Origin: Cyanobacteria bacterium P01_A01_bin.123
Lineage (GTDB): Bacteria > Cyanobacteriota > Cyanobacteriia > Phormidesmidales > Phormidesmidaceae
DNA length: 24,391 nucleotides
NCBI GenBank assembly: GCA_039815185.1
Contig: JBCBZT010000082.1
Location: forward strand, 1-24,391
Direction: 5' to 3'
In this document: positions 8,301-17,587 of the stretch, piece by piece
Layout: each line of letters starts with the position of its first letter
Position numbering within the stretch: position 1 is the first letter of the stretch
The notes under the pieces: generated by a model
Seen by the model: the letters and a program-made list of their open reading frames with translations, nothing else
Told to the model about the DNA's origin: nothing
Database searches by the model: none
Program-made: the position numbers and the translations under genes

Positions 8301-8831
8301 TGGCTCTGTTTCCAGTGCCGCTGCAAGCTGATCGAGCCGTTGAGCAACCCCCACTTCAAAGATCGATTGAGTGACATCAAAACCCAATTCTACTGAGGTA
8401 GGAATATGGGCATTCTGATCAAAATAATCTCCCAAATAATCTTGGAGTCGGGCAAAGATGGTCGCTGTCCGATCCAGGATTTCATCATCATTGACGGTCG
8501 CTTCAGTCAGCTCGGCCCTTAAGGCTAAACGGAGACATTCAAATCCCTCAAACAGTAAAGCTTCAACTTCTGCATCAATGGACACCGCTGGACGACAGAG
8601 TGCTCTAAACACATCCTCCAAGGAATGAGCAACTTTAGCGATCGTCTCTAGTTCGAGGCTGGCCGCAGCCCCTTTGAGCGTATGCGTAGCCCGCATCAAC
8701 GTATTGACTTTGTTGATACTGCTATCTTCCTGTAAGGTCAGTAACCCTGTCTCCAGAACCTGCAATAGTTCCGGAGCCTCCTGCAGGAAGTACTGATAGC
8801 CTTGCGCTCTAATAGTCGGGTCAGTCGTCAT
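5400..8831 (-). CDS. pixL: CheA-like hybrid histidine kinase (PixL/TaxAY type): Hpt, degenerate Hpt-like region, linker, dimerisation, HATPase, CheW, receiver
   Basis: Hpt RATHTLKGAA; N box HLVRNAFDHGIE; G1 DDGQG; F box LFEPGFST; G2 GRGVGLDVV; C-terminal receiver IVDDS...CDIEMP...SKP. The gene symbol rests on operon position. Confidence 0.93.
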   Translation of the reverse strand: MTTDPTIRAQGYQYFLQEAPELLQVLETGLLTLQEDSSINKVNTLMRATHTLKGAAASLELETIAKVAHSLEDVFRALCRPAVSIDAEVEALLFEGFECLRLALRAELTEATVNDDEILDRTATIFARLQDYLGDYFDQNAHIPTSVELGFDVTQSIFEVGVAQRLDQLAAALETEPPKEILTVLQTQAEVFLGLGESLNLPGFEAIAQVAIAALKQHPDQVIAIAQLALKDFQAGQTAVLAGDRDQGGQPSEALQALAHIQAHDQVADYSVENTAVVLGNTAAVIEESAVVEETAVIEESVLDQETEAVETTTIPVIHKLFQWMRGSVQPSSDQMNEAQGVASPKLSDIVVEPDQGSAQEVYETPDVSLEQPYDDNANTLLENIWGADAAPTNADSNLESDSNPAALAISPEAINPNVKSQSTAEPETLRLRDLSNSPNAQPSGQQPIPSPNKGLMAPAPTVRIQIEHLDQLNYAVGELLTNHNQQSLQAEQIKIAVRHLYKRLQQHQQVLSQLQDWVDHQQMPQTRPQMGDWQVTPLRQSVPPAFQSESWGASQYLQVSRPLPIGFDALELDQYSEPQLVIQSLLDDTVQLTEAADAIELFTRQSRQTQEQQGRLLLKTRDALIESRMFPLGQLFERFPGVLQQLETLHHKPVELTLHGTEVLVDKAIGERLYDPILHLVRNAFDHGIEPVAVRQQWAKPKAGQLEIAAHHQGKHLVIEVRDDGQGLDFERIRQQAVERQLVSPQQAHNLSQAQLTDLLFEPGFSTTSQISSLSGRGVGLDVVRSQLQALQGEVTVTSVAHQGTTFTLHIPLSLTIAKLLLCQANARAYALLPDAIEQILIPQPDQIQQRDHCKVLWWGEDEAACWIPIYALSDLLDYHGQAQRLPTQSASPLMPKTSVPHILLIRHQGVLLGIEVAQMLGEQELVIRPLNPLLETHAYLYGASILADGRLTLVLDGAALAESASNLSVSNLQADSKTRYDSTHLSTETLAASTHPPRLPITTDLEIGKQLGQKLLIVDDSVTTRQTLTLTLQKAGYQVIQAQDGQEAVDQLLQHPNVQLVICDIEMPRMNGFELLQHCQNDSALVKMPVMMLSSRSSEKHRFLAEQLGAIAYVSKPYLEHKLLSMVAEVLEAEVLNPISG
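7930..8016 (-). repeat. Degenerate ~18-bp (6-aa) tandem repeat in the CheA linker
   Basis: Protein ENTAVVLGNTAAVIEESAVVEETAVIEES; DNA units such as TTCTTCAATAACGGCTG / TTCTTCGACAACGGCTG / TTCCTCAATAACAGCTG. Confidence 0.6.
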
Positions 8832-8898
8832 GGCGAGGAAAGCGGGGTGGGTAAAGAACCTATCAATTCAAAGGACTGACACAGTTGGGTGCCTTTTG

Positions 8899-8966
8899 CC
8901 CCCTTAGCCCCGCAATTCTGGAGAGCATCAGCGTCAAAATTCTCCAGAATTAGGGAATTCAGGGGG
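8899..8966. repeat. Palindromic cyanobacterial short dispersed repeat (CCCCAGAATTGGGG-type), degenerate, between pixJ and pixL
   Basis: Perfect 11-bp inverted repeat AATTCTGGAGA (8914-8924) / TCTCCAGAATT (8941-8951), extended by CCCCCT... / ...AGGGGG arms. Confidence 0.65.
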
Positions 8967-8979
8967 ACGTAGCGGAGTC

Positions 8980-11900
8980 CTAATTCACTCTGAATTGTTG
9001 ACTGGTCGTCTGGAGATCTTGAGCGGTCGTGAGTAGGGTTTGGAAAGCAGTAGAGATATTAACGGAGTCTTCGGAGGTTTGATTGGCAATCTCAGCAACA
9101 TCCCGCATGGTCAGGGTTACAGACTGACATTGCTGTGTCTGCGTCTGCGTCGCCTGGGTAATGCCTGTAACCAATTGGCTAATTTGACTGGTGGCATCCA
9201 CAATGGCACTGAGGCTTTGACGGGCTTCGCTCACCACCGTAGTTCCTGAGGCAACCCGCTGAATCCCATCTTCCATCGCAGTGGCAACCGCCGATGTGTT
9301 GGCCTGAATTTCCTGCACTAACTCCTCGATATCTGTAGCTGCTTCAGCCGACTGGCGGGCTAGAGATCGCACTTCATCCGCAACGACTGCAAATCCCCGC
9401 CCGTATTCTCCGGCTCGGGTAGCCTCAATTGAGGCGTTCAGTGCCAGAAGTTGGGTTTGGGTCGTAAAGTTGCCAATCAAATTCACCACCTTGGAAATTT
9501 TTTGGGAGGATTCACCGAGACGTTTGAGCCGTTTGTTGGTTTCTGCCACCGTGCCTCGAATTTGCTGCATCTCATCCACGGTGCGGTCAATAGCGGCATC
9601 CCCGGTCAGTACGGTTTGGTTGGCCTGCTGAACAGCAGTTTCCACCTGCCGAGCATTGACCTCTACTGCTTGGGTGGTTTGGGCCATGACCTGGAGTTGT
9701 TCTAACGCAGTGGCTAGGGCTTTAAATTGTTCCTGAGCTTGGTCTGCTAACGTAGCAATGGCAGATTCACTGGTTTGGGTGGTTTGAGTGACTTGGCTAG
9801 AGGCCGCCTGCATTTGAACGATGATTTGCCGTAGGCTACCGAGAGTGTTGTTGTAGGCATCTGCTACAGTCCCCACTTCACTCTCAGTCACCGGAGCCCG
9901 GACCGTTAAATCCCCGTCTAAAGCAGGGCGCACTGCTGACAGCAATTGAATCACCTGCTGTTGAAGCCGTTCTTTGGCAGCCTTGTCTCGCTCGGCTGCT
10001 TCAGCCAGTTGCACCGATTGATGCTGTAGTTGCTTGACATACTCGCCCTGTTGAATCGCAATGTCGAGCTGTGCCGCAATGCGTTTGGCGAAGTCAATTT
10101 CATCCGCTTGCCACTCGCGGGGATGTTCACATTGATGGATACAGAACAGACCCCAGAGGTCTTCTCCTCTGAGCAGTGGCACCACCAGATTAGCCTGCAC
10201 CTGAAACTGTTCTAAAACATCGACGTAACACTGTTGAATGCCAGACCGGTTGATATCAGCAAAGGTAGAGACATGCCCCCGTCGATATTTATCTGCAAAT
10301 CCCTGGCTGAAGCAGTGATCTATAACTTCGACTTCAAGGGCAGAGACGTAGCCCGGACGCACATTTTCAGCAATTGTTTTGCCTTGGCTGTACTTGGAGC
10401 CCGGCACAAATTGAAAAACCGCTACCCGATCCGCCTTGAGAAAGTTGCGAATTTCCCGAGTCGTGGTGTTGAAGGCTTGCTGCAAATCTAGGGACTGGCG
10501 AATTCGCTCGACGATCTGGTTAATCAGCCGCTCTTGTTCAGCTACTTTGAGCTGTTGCTCAGACTGACGTTGTAATTCCTCAATGTATTCACCTTTTTGA
10601 ATGGCGGTGTTGAGCTGAGCGGCAATGCGTTTGACGAACTCGATATCACTATCTTGCCAATCGCGGGGTTTACGGCATTGGTGATTGTAGAACAAACCCC
10701 ACAGCTTATCGCCCTTCATTAGAGGCACAACAAGACTCGCTTTGGCCTGGAAATTAGAGAGAATCTCAACCAGGCAGTCTTCTAATCCAGAGTGCTGAAT
10801 ATCTGAAATACACCAGATTCGGCCCCGCTCATACTCCGAAACAAAGTTTTCTTGAAAGCAGTGATCTCGAATCGAAACATCAAGCGACGAGAGAAAGCCC
10901 GGTTCGACATCCTCGGCTACGGTTGTGCCATCGCGATAGTCGGATGCAACATCAAACTTATAAATTGCAGTGCGATCGGTCTGCAAAAAGCGGCGGATTT
11001 CTCGGCAGGTTGTGGTGAGGGATCGCTGTAAATCAGTCGATCGTTGAATCCGATCCACTATTTTGTCAATCAGGCGCTCCTGTTCGGCGGCTTTAGTCAT
11101 CTGGTTCGAGGTTTGTTCCAGATAGTCGACTTGTTGCATGGCCACACCGACCTGAGTCGCAATTTGAGTCAGTGCGTTGATTTCAACCGTTGCCCAGGAG
11201 CGGGGCTCGTCGTCCTGATAGGTTCCCAGGAGTCCCCATAGCTTGTTTTCCTTAAAGATCGGCGCAATTAGGAAGGCTTGAACAGCAAAATCTGCCAAAT
11301 CCTCAATTTGCTCGGCGGAAAAATCAGCTGTTTGAATGTTATTGACGACTAGGTGTTCTCGATTGCGATAAGGGCCCCCCTGAGTAGCTTGGAGATCGAT
11401 CTTGGGCCAGGTGGCCCCAACCCTAGCATCCTCTAGCGTATCCAGGCCCTTCTTTGTTTGCTCAGCGACCAATTGGCTGCTCCAATCTGGCTGAAACTGA
11501 TAAATCGCCACGCGATCGCTTTTCAAGAGCCGTCTGACGGACTGTTTTGTGGTCTGGAAGACAGCCTCAAGATTGGCAGACTGACGAATCTCAGGAATGA
11601 TTTCAGCGACTGCATGGCTGATGCGAGCCACTTGAGTTATCTGCGCAGATTGTTCCTGCAATTGCGCCAAATACTCGGTGCCCTGTAGCGTTGCCCCCAG
11701 CTGTCGCCCCACTTCTGCGAGCAGGGTGACTTCTCGACCTGACCAATGGCGAGGGCCACTATGTTGAAAGGCACTCAATAATCCCCAAAGCTTTTCGCCT
11801 TGTTTGATCGCTACGATAGCAAAGGATTTGATCCCAAAGTAGTCCAGGATATCAATATGACAATCACTTAAACCCGCATCATAGACGTCATCTGCAATGT

Positions 11901-13062
11901 AGGATTCGCCCGTGCGGAATCGACCGCCCTGGTTCTCCTGGATATAGGTATCTTCCCAGGCACTCCCTACTAATGTTGGCCAGCCTCCTGATTCGGACTC
12001 GTAAACGAAGTCGCCAAAATAGTCTGGACGAAATTTGTAGATCGCCACCCGTTCCACATCTAAGAGTTCTCGGACTTCTTGCACGGCAGTTTGGCAAGCA
12101 TTTTCAAGGTATGAAGCATCACTGATTTTCTGAATGATGGCAGGCAGTTCTTGCTCATACTGTGCTGCTTTGAGTTTCTCTTGGCGCAATTCTAGAGATT
12201 GCAAACCCAGCCGCAGCTCGGTCACAATTTTGTAGAGCAAGGCCAAGTCTGCATCTTGCCAAGGCTGAGGGACAGTACATTGCTGCACGACGATTAATCC
12301 CCAAACTTGATCCAGGAGAATCGGCACACTCAGACTTGACTGGGTTTGAAATTGGGCCCAGATCTGTTCCTGGTGAGGGCTTAAGGAAACCTGAGCGACA
12401 TCATTGATGGAAACAACTTGCTGTTGAGCTTCCTGAGGCGATTGGGCCCCAAATGCGATCGCTGGCAAAGTCTCATTCAAACTGGGCGTGTAGCCTTCTG
12501 CCAGCAACTCTGCAACCACGCTTCCCTGTGTCTCTGTCTGAAACTGATAGATCAGAACCCGATCAATATTGAGGTGCTGATGCACATCCGCCACCACCAC
12601 CGCCAGCAGAGTCTCGAGCGTATCTGCTTGATGCATGCGTTGCGAGGTACTGAGTAATCCCTGGAGATCAGCATGACCTGGTAGGGTTTCTGGGAATCCG
12701 TTGTCATCAAAAACTGACCAGTCATCATTGACGAGGTTGCCATTCAAGGACAAGTCATCGGCCGACTTAGGGGAGAGGTTGTACTCGGACTTCTGGAGTT
12801 TCTGCATGGTCATTTCCGGAGTTTCTGGGGTGAGGGTTTGGTCGAAAGCTGAAAGGCTAGTCTGATCGGTCTCCAGTAAAGGGTTCAAGGCTGAATGGGT
12901 AATTTGTTCCGGCTGGGACTGAACAGTTAACCCATTAGACGTCGAAGGCTGGGGTGGGTTTTGCAACTGACGATGATGAACCGGACGCTCCCGCGGTTGA
13001 CCCTTGACAACTCGCCTTATCCACTGGACGGTCGGAGAGGTATTCAACTTAAAAAACTTCAA
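8980..13062 (-). CDS. pixJ: Soluble methyl-accepting phototaxis receptor with five GAF domains (cyanobacteriochrome, PixJ-like)
   Basis: MCP signalling hairpin [34 protein letters not shown] and a HAMP-like [25 protein letters not shown]2 has [14 protein letters not shown]...DCH, GAF4 DHCF...DCL, GAF5 DHCF...QCY. GAF1 and GAF3 lack the Cys. Likely start is TTG 13062, with AGGAGG upstream and a TTGA overlap with the cheW stop; the track uses GTG 13098. No TM helix seen. Confidence 0.93.
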   Translation of the reverse strand: MKFFKLNTSPTVQWIRRVVKGQPRERPVHHRQLQNPPQPSTSNGLTVQSQPEQITHSALNPLLETDQTSLSAFDQTLTPETPEMTMQKLQKSEYNLSPKSADDLSLNGNLVNDDWSVFDDNGFPETLPGHADLQGLLSTSQRMHQADTLETLLAVVVADVHQHLNIDRVLIYQFQTETQGSVVAELLAEGYTPSLNETLPAIAFGAQSPQEAQQQVVSINDVAQVSLSPHQEQIWAQFQTQSSLSVPILLDQVWGLIVVQQCTVPQPWQDADLALLYKIVTELRLGLQSLELRQEKLKAAQYEQELPAIIQKISDASYLENACQTAVQEVRELLDVERVAIYKFRPDYFGDFVYESESGGWPTLVGSAWEDTYIQENQGGRFRTGESYIADDVYDAGLSDCHIDILDYFGIKSFAIVAIKQGEKLWGLLSAFQHSGPRHWSGREVTLLAEVGRQLGATLQGTEYLAQLQEQSAQITQVARISHAVAEIIPEIRQSANLEAVFQTTKQSVRRLLKSDRVAIYQFQPDWSSQLVAEQTKKGLDTLEDARVGATWPKIDLQATQGGPYRNREHLVVNNIQTADFSAEQIEDLADFAVQAFLIAPIFKENKLWGLLGTYQDDEPRSWATVEINALTQIATQVGVAMQQVDYLEQTSNQMTKAAEQERLIDKIVDRIQRSTDLQRSLTTTCREIRRFLQTDRTAIYKFDVASDYRDGTTVAEDVEPGFLSSLDVSIRDHCFQENFVSEYERGRIWCISDIQHSGLEDCLVEILSNFQAKASLVVPLMKGDKLWGLFYNHQCRKPRDWQDSDIEFVKRIAAQLNTAIQKGEYIEELQRQSEQQLKVAEQERLINQIVERIRQSLDLQQAFNTTTREIRNFLKADRVAVFQFVPGSKYSQGKTIAENVRPGYVSALEVEVIDHCFSQGFADKYRRGHVSTFADINRSGIQQCYVDVLEQFQVQANLVVPLLRGEDLWGLFCIHQCEHPREWQADEIDFAKRIAAQLDIAIQQGEYVKQLQHQSVQLAEAAERDKAAKERLQQQVIQLLSAVRPALDGDLTVRAPVTESEVGTVADAYNNTLGSLRQIIVQMQAASSQVTQTTQTSESAIATLADQAQEQFKALATALEQLQVMAQTTQAVEVNARQVETAVQQANQTVLTGDAAIDRTVDEMQQIRGTVAETNKRLKRLGESSQKISKVVNLIGNFTTQTQLLALNASIEATRAGEYGRGFAVVADEVRSLARQSAEAATDIEELVQEIQANTSAVATAMEDGIQRVASGTTVVSEARQSLSAIVDATSQISQLVTGITQATQTQTQQCQSVTLTMRDVAEIANQTSEDSVNISTAFQTLLTTAQDLQTTSQQFRVN

Positions 13063-13616
13063 GGAACGTCCTCCTGTGATTGCCGCCACAGCGGACACTG
13101 AATAATGGATGGCGCATCTAAGACTGCACCCTGATCTCCTGGCAAAATGCCTGCAATGAAGGCGTGCATTTTGGGTGGAAATATTCCCGGTGCCACTATT
13201 TGTAGGCGACTCAAGTCATGGCGCTCAATGTCATCGAATCGCGGTACCCCAAGCCCAATAGATTTATCCTGAGCCTGAACCACCAAGACAAGCACAGGAG
13301 AGAAGTCTGACACCTGACTCAGGAGGGGGGAATAGCCCATGAGGGCATTACAATCAATCAACCAGAGCATCTCTCCACGCCAGTTGCAAACGCCTAGCGC
13401 CTCGTCTGGAACACCTGGAATCGGTAAGATGTCTGCCAAAGCGACCTGCAATACCTCTGCAATGTTTTCTAAAGGCAGTAACCCACTGTCTTTAGAACTC
13501 AATGGAAAGCGCAGCAGCCGCTGACGGGTATCGGGCGGGGGAGGTTCAAAGTTCAGGGATTCCAGGCTAAGGAAATCCAGTTGAGTGGTTGCGATCGCTG
13601 AGTCTGATGCAGTCAT
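13059..13616 (-). CDS. pixI: CheW coupling protein (PixI-like)
   Basis: [26 protein letters not shown] is the typical cyanobacterial CheW motif; lies between cheY and the MCP. Confidence 0.88.
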   Translation of the reverse strand: MTASDSAIATTQLDFLSLESLNFEPPPPDTRQRLLRFPLSSKDSGLLPLENIAEVLQVALADILPIPGVPDEALGVCNWRGEMLWLIDCNALMGYSPLLSQVSDFSPVLVLVVQAQDKSIGLGVPRFDDIERHDLSRLQIVAPGIFPPKMHAFIAGILPGDQGAVLDAPSIIQCPLWRQSQEDVP

Positions 13617-13709
13617 AGGACTTACGCTGGGGGAACTGATGCTTAGGACAATACGCTGAGGGAATAGTTTGAAAGGATGATGGGTAGCGAGTCGGGGTGT
13701 GGTATTTCA

Positions 13710-14075
13710 TCACATGGAAGTCAGACTTAAGACGGTCTTCATTAATTCCTTTTGATCCACGGGCTTTGGCAAATATGCATCTGCCCCCAGCATGGTTCCC
13801 CAGAGCTTGTCGGCTTCAGTCCCTTTGGTTGAGCAAATCACCACTGGAATATTCTCGGTACCTGTGCTGGTTTTGAGTTCGCGACATAATTCAAAGCCAC
13901 TTTGTCCCGGCAAAATCACATCCAGCAATACCAAATCTGGCATTTGAGACTGGAGCTTAAGCCGTGCTTCTTCACAGCTCATGGCACTAACAACAGCTAG
14001 ACCGGCTTGTCTCAGGTACTGAGTTAGTAGCTCAGCTTCGGTCAAGCTGTCTTCAACTAAAAGAACAGTGGTCAT
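13710..14075 (-). CDS. pixH: Single-domain CheY-like response regulator (PixH-like)
   Basis: VLLVEDS, LLDVILPGQSGFELCRELK, VVICSTK, GADAYLPKP. Confidence 0.92.
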   Translation of the reverse strand: MTTVLLVEDSLTEAELLTQYLRQAGLAVVSAMSCEEARLKLQSQMPDLVLLDVILPGQSGFELCRELKTSTGTENIPVVICSTKGTEADKLWGTMLGADAYLPKPVDQKELMKTVLSLTSM

Positions 14076-14103
14076 GGGGTATTCCTTTGCGATATCAATC
14101 GTT

Positions 14104-15411
14104 CTAAATTCTGTTTCTAGGCCAAGCTCGGATTTCCGGGTATAGGCGTTGACTCGGGGGCTGCAGCCTTAGGGGAGGGGGAAGCGGTGACGGCAGTGGC
14201 AGATGGTTTTGTAAAGTCGCTAAAACCTTCTCAGCCGTAATGGGTTTAGCTAAGAAGTCTGAGGAACCCATGAGTTTTGCCCGGACTCGATCAACGATGC
14301 CATCGCTACTGGTCACAATAATGACGGGCGTATGCTTGAAAGTAGAAATCTGACGGATTTGAGCACAAACTTCATAGCCATTTAAACCCGGCATAATTAA
14401 ATCTAAAAAGATCAGCTCTGGCTTTTGTTCTAGTAACATTGGCAAGGCTTGGATCGGATCGTCGATGCTGGTGTAGCGATACCCGGCTTGATTGAGGATT
14501 TTTCCCATTGCCATACTGTCAAATCGGCTGTCCTCAAGATAGGCAATCAGGGGGCCATCTGGTTGAGGCTGTGGCAGCTGGGCAGGAACGATTGTTGTTG
14601 GACGGGTGGGATAAGCAATATCTGAAACAGTATCTAACCCTATGATGCCTTGCTTGACATAGGGCATAATCGAATGGGTTAAGGGAATCAAGTGTTGCTT
14701 CAGTTTGATTGCCAGATCTCGGAAGGTACGATCGCCATTAATCAGCTGGGTAAGATTGTTATAAACCGATGGCGGGGTTTGTTGTCGTAAGGCTTCAGCA
14801 TCCTGAATCACAGGTGCAAGATTAGGAGAATATTGGCCTAAACCTGCTTGAATCCAGGCATTCCAAACTTGTACGACTTGCTGGATGAGGGGGTTAGGTT
14901 GAACTAAAACAGGGGGAGTAGTTGTAATACTCTGGCAAAAGTCGTGATAAGTGAGTTGTATACTCGAAGCGCGATCGCGGGATTGATGAGCTTGAATAAA
15001 ATCGAATAACATTTCATTCAGATTGCCTCTAACAACCCCAATCATCTGGCTTTTTAAAAGTTGTCCTTGCTCAACCCGCTTCATCAGGGATGAATAATCC
15101 CAAAGCTGGAATGAATCCATTAGCTGAGTGGAAAATTCTTGACTCACTTGTGGGCAGTATTGAGTAACTTGTCGGTACCAACGCCGAACAGGATTGCCCC
15201 CATTTATACCACCTACAAGGCATCCATCCTGAAAATAAAAATTCCAGATCTGCTTTTGCTTTTTCTTCCCTGGTATTGCTAAGGTCAAACAGCCTGAAAA
15301 ATGAGTCTGGCTGCAAGATAAAACTCTCTGCAACGTCTCTTCACTACTATTGACTACTTCATAGGTAATGGGTTCACTTTCAACAGTATTTAAGGATTCA
15401 GGAAGGAACAT
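14104..15411 (-). CDS. pixG: PatA-family response regulator (PATAN + receiver; PixG-like)
   Basis: N-terminal FSGCLTL...WNFYFQDGCLV...RRWYR (PATAN-like); C-terminal receiver AYLEDS...IFLDLIMP...IIVTS...FLAKP; first gene of the operon. Confidence 0.88.
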   Translation of the reverse strand: MFLPESLNTVESEPITYEVVNSSEETLQRVLSCSQTHFSGCLTLAIPGKKKQKQIWNFYFQDGCLVGGINGGNPVRRWYRQVTQYCPQVSQEFSTQLMDSFQLWDYSSLMKRVEQGQLLKSQMIGVVRGNLNEMLFDFIQAHQSRDRASSIQLTYHDFCQSITTTPPVLVQPNPLIQQVVQVWNAWIQAGLGQYSPNLAPVIQDAEALRQQTPPSVYNNLTQLINGDRTFRDLAIKLKQHLIPLTHSIMPYVKQGIIGLDTVSDIAYPTRPTTIVPAQLPQPQPDGPLIAYLEDSRFDSMAMGKILNQAGYRYTSIDDPIQALPMLLEQKPELIFLDLIMPGLNGYEVCAQIRQISTFKHTPVIIVTSSDGIVDRVRAKLMGSSDFLAKPITAEKVLATLQNHLPLPSPLPPPLRLQPPSQRLYPEIRAWPRNRI

Positions 15412-15476
15412 TTGAAGATCTTAAACCTGCTGTAGATACGACTTGAAACTTTAGCAGCACATCAATTCCTCTCAGA

Positions 15477-15504
15477 TTCCAGGTCTCAACTTCCAGGTCT
15501 CAAC
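15477..15504. repeat. Perfect 14-bp tandem direct repeat upstream of the phototaxis operon
   Basis: TTCCAGGTCTCAAC at 15477-15490 and 15491-15504, 66-93 nt upstream of the pixG ATG. Confidence 0.7.
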
Positions 15505-16232
15505 CTAATAGATTCTGACGGATTCTAATTTTAAAGCTGTTCAGATTGAATAATTAACAAGCAATTAGCAATCAAAAACCGTCAACCCAAAGGTGATAAA
15601 CGGCTAGTTTCTTGCCTCAAAGCAATTTTTTCTAGGAACTCTTAAATCTCAACCTTTATTGATAGTAGTTCAGTAAATGGGGAGGGTCAATTTCGATATA
15701 AAACTTTCATCGCCCTGAAATTTTCCTTAAAGAATGAGTGAAGTCGCAGTCGATTTTCCTGTTAAATTCAAGAAAAAGAGAATTAGTAACGCGATTTTTG
15801 GTGAGATCTGAGGTTTTTACATCAGACGCTTCGCCACCTTGTTTGCGATATTGAGATGCTTATATGCTGCTTAAATTTGTCCTAAAATTGCTTTTTCCCG
15901 GCATCATTTTTGGTTTTGTAGCAATAGCTATTCAATCTTTAAGACATCCAACAAATGTACTGAGATTTTCAGCACAATTACTTATTTTTCGTCGCATTAG
16001 GCTGACTTTGACACTCCCCCCGCCAAAAAGACAAGGGATTCTCAGAAGTTATGCGAGAAATTCTAGTGATGACAAATGGCTTAGGTGACTGCCAAAAATT
16101 GCGGTCACCTGAGGAGCAACCCTCGCTAAACATATGCCACACAAAACAGCCCCGGTATATCTGCCCACTGACTGACACCCCGCCAATGGTCTGAAAAAAA
16201 CGATGCAGCGTAACCCCACAGTGAACCACGCC

Positions 16233-17573
16233 TTAGTTTTCCTCGTCAGCGCATTCAGTCCCGTTTTTGCAACACTGTCCTTCTTGCTCAATCAAGTCAG
16301 CTGCATAAGCAACCCCACCTGCTTGCTTAAAAGATTCCTGAATCGCTGGAATGGCTTCAACAAAAGTCGGATCTGATATGACTTGTTTGATCGCAGAGCG
16401 CAGTTCATCGGGAGAAAAAGACAACTTATCGACAAACAGTCCGACGCCTGCATCCTTAACTCGCATTGCCATGTCAAATTGGTCAGCCAGCATTGGAATC
16501 CCTACAATTGGTGTTCCACTTGCCATTGACTCGTGCACACTATTAATGCCGCAGTGTGAAACAAATGCTCGAACATTGGGGTGCTGCAAAACTGCGAGTA
16601 AAGGCGGTCCCCAAGACTCTACGCGGATATTTGGGGCGATCGCAGCCGGTAGACACTTTTGCATCGCAGGTCGAAGTATCCACCAAAATCGGAAAGGGGC
16701 ATTCTCAAACGCTTTGTACATCCGATCAATTTGATTGGCAGACGCGATCGCAACGGTTCCCAGATTGACATAAACGACTGGCAAGCCCTCATCTGGCCAT
16801 ACTTTAACCCCAGTTGGTAACGGCTCAACCGTTGTCGGTAACATTGGCCCCACCATCTTGATGTTGGGCGGTAGTGGACGAGCGTACTCCAGACCAAAGG
16901 CACTATCAACGATCACGCGATGCTTGGCCCAAACTTGATTTATGGTCAATTTCTTCAAGCCGCGTTTAGCTCGAAATTGATTGAGTTTGCGCCCCACAGT
17001 CACCTCGATCAGCCAACCACTGAGCCATCGAAGTAAGGGATAACTCCATTGTCGATGCCAGGGCATCTGATGAATGGAATGTCCTAAATAGGGAAGCGGC
17101 ACATCGTACGCAGGCGGCAGATAAGCAATCGAGACTGTCACCAGCAAATCTGGATTGTTAATCACGACCGGAATCCCTTCCGCTTCGGCAACATCGACTC
17201 CGGCTCTTGTGACGAAATCAACAATCATCACATCCGGGCGCTCTTGTTGCACAACTTCCATGAGACTGTCAAAGTAACTGTCCCAAATTAACCACAGTGC
17301 ATTAACAATATCGAGACTGGTCTTTAAAAAAACTTTTTCGTTAGAGTTTAATTGCTCAATTCGGGAGAGTTCATCTTGAAATTGGGATAAGTGTCCTAAA
17401 CTGACAAAGCGAACGCCCTGGGCAATACAAGAATCTGCTTCTACAAAAGGTTTCATTTCTTCAGCAGAAGCAATTCTGACGCGCCATCCACGCCGAGCAA
17501 GCTCTTCTGCCTGCCGAAGCAGAGGCGTTAGATGCCCCACAAAAGGAATTGAGACAAAGAGTGCAGATTTCAT
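16233..17573 (-). CDS. GT1/UDPGT-family glycosyltransferase
   Basis: N-terminal catalytic His in PFVGHLTP; VVYVNLGT; PSPG-like box WGPPLLAVLQHPNVRAFVSHCGINSVHESMASGTPIVGIPMLADQ (16479-16613). Confidence 0.92.
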   Translation of the reverse strand: MKSALFVSIPFVGHLTPLLRQAEELARRGWRVRIASAEEMKPFVEADSCIAQGVRFVSLGHLSQFQDELSRIEQLNSNEKVFLKTSLDIVNALWLIWDSYFDSLMEVVQQERPDVMIVDFVTRAGVDVAEAEGIPVVINNPDLLVTVSIAYLPPAYDVPLPYLGHSIHQMPWHRQWSYPLLRWLSGWLIEVTVGRKLNQFRAKRGLKKLTINQVWAKHRVIVDSAFGLEYARPLPPNIKMVGPMLPTTVEPLPTGVKVWPDEGLPVVYVNLGTVAIASANQIDRMYKAFENAPFRFWWILRPAMQKCLPAAIAPNIRVESWGPPLLAVLQHPNVRAFVSHCGINSVHESMASGTPIVGIPMLADQFDMAMRVKDAGVGLFVDKLSFSPDELRSAIKQVISDPTFVEAIPAIQESFKQAGGVAYAADLIEQEGQCCKNGTECADEEN

Positions 17574-17587
17574 AGTGTGGAATTAGG

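Noticed and set aside
5933..15316. Many 60-85 aa ORFs within the pix operon
   Set aside because: All lie inside long, motif-supported genes on the opposite strand or in alternative frames.
15565..15620. Possible c-di-GMP riboswitch upstream of the motility operon
   Set aside because: Only a weak CCGT/ACGG stem; the GEMM consensus elements are not recognisable. An Rfam scan would settle it.
16002..16186. Loose repeat CTGAC..TGACAC..CCCCGCCAA at ~16002 and ~16167
   Set aside because: Only two imperfect copies with no regular spacing; not a CRISPR array or clear element.
15864..16291. ORFs 15864-16088 (+), 15978-16229 (-) and 16049-16291 (-)
   Set aside because: Mutually overlapping, with no clear RBS or recognisable domain. 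The 74-aa ORF has a hydrophobic start but nothing else supports it.
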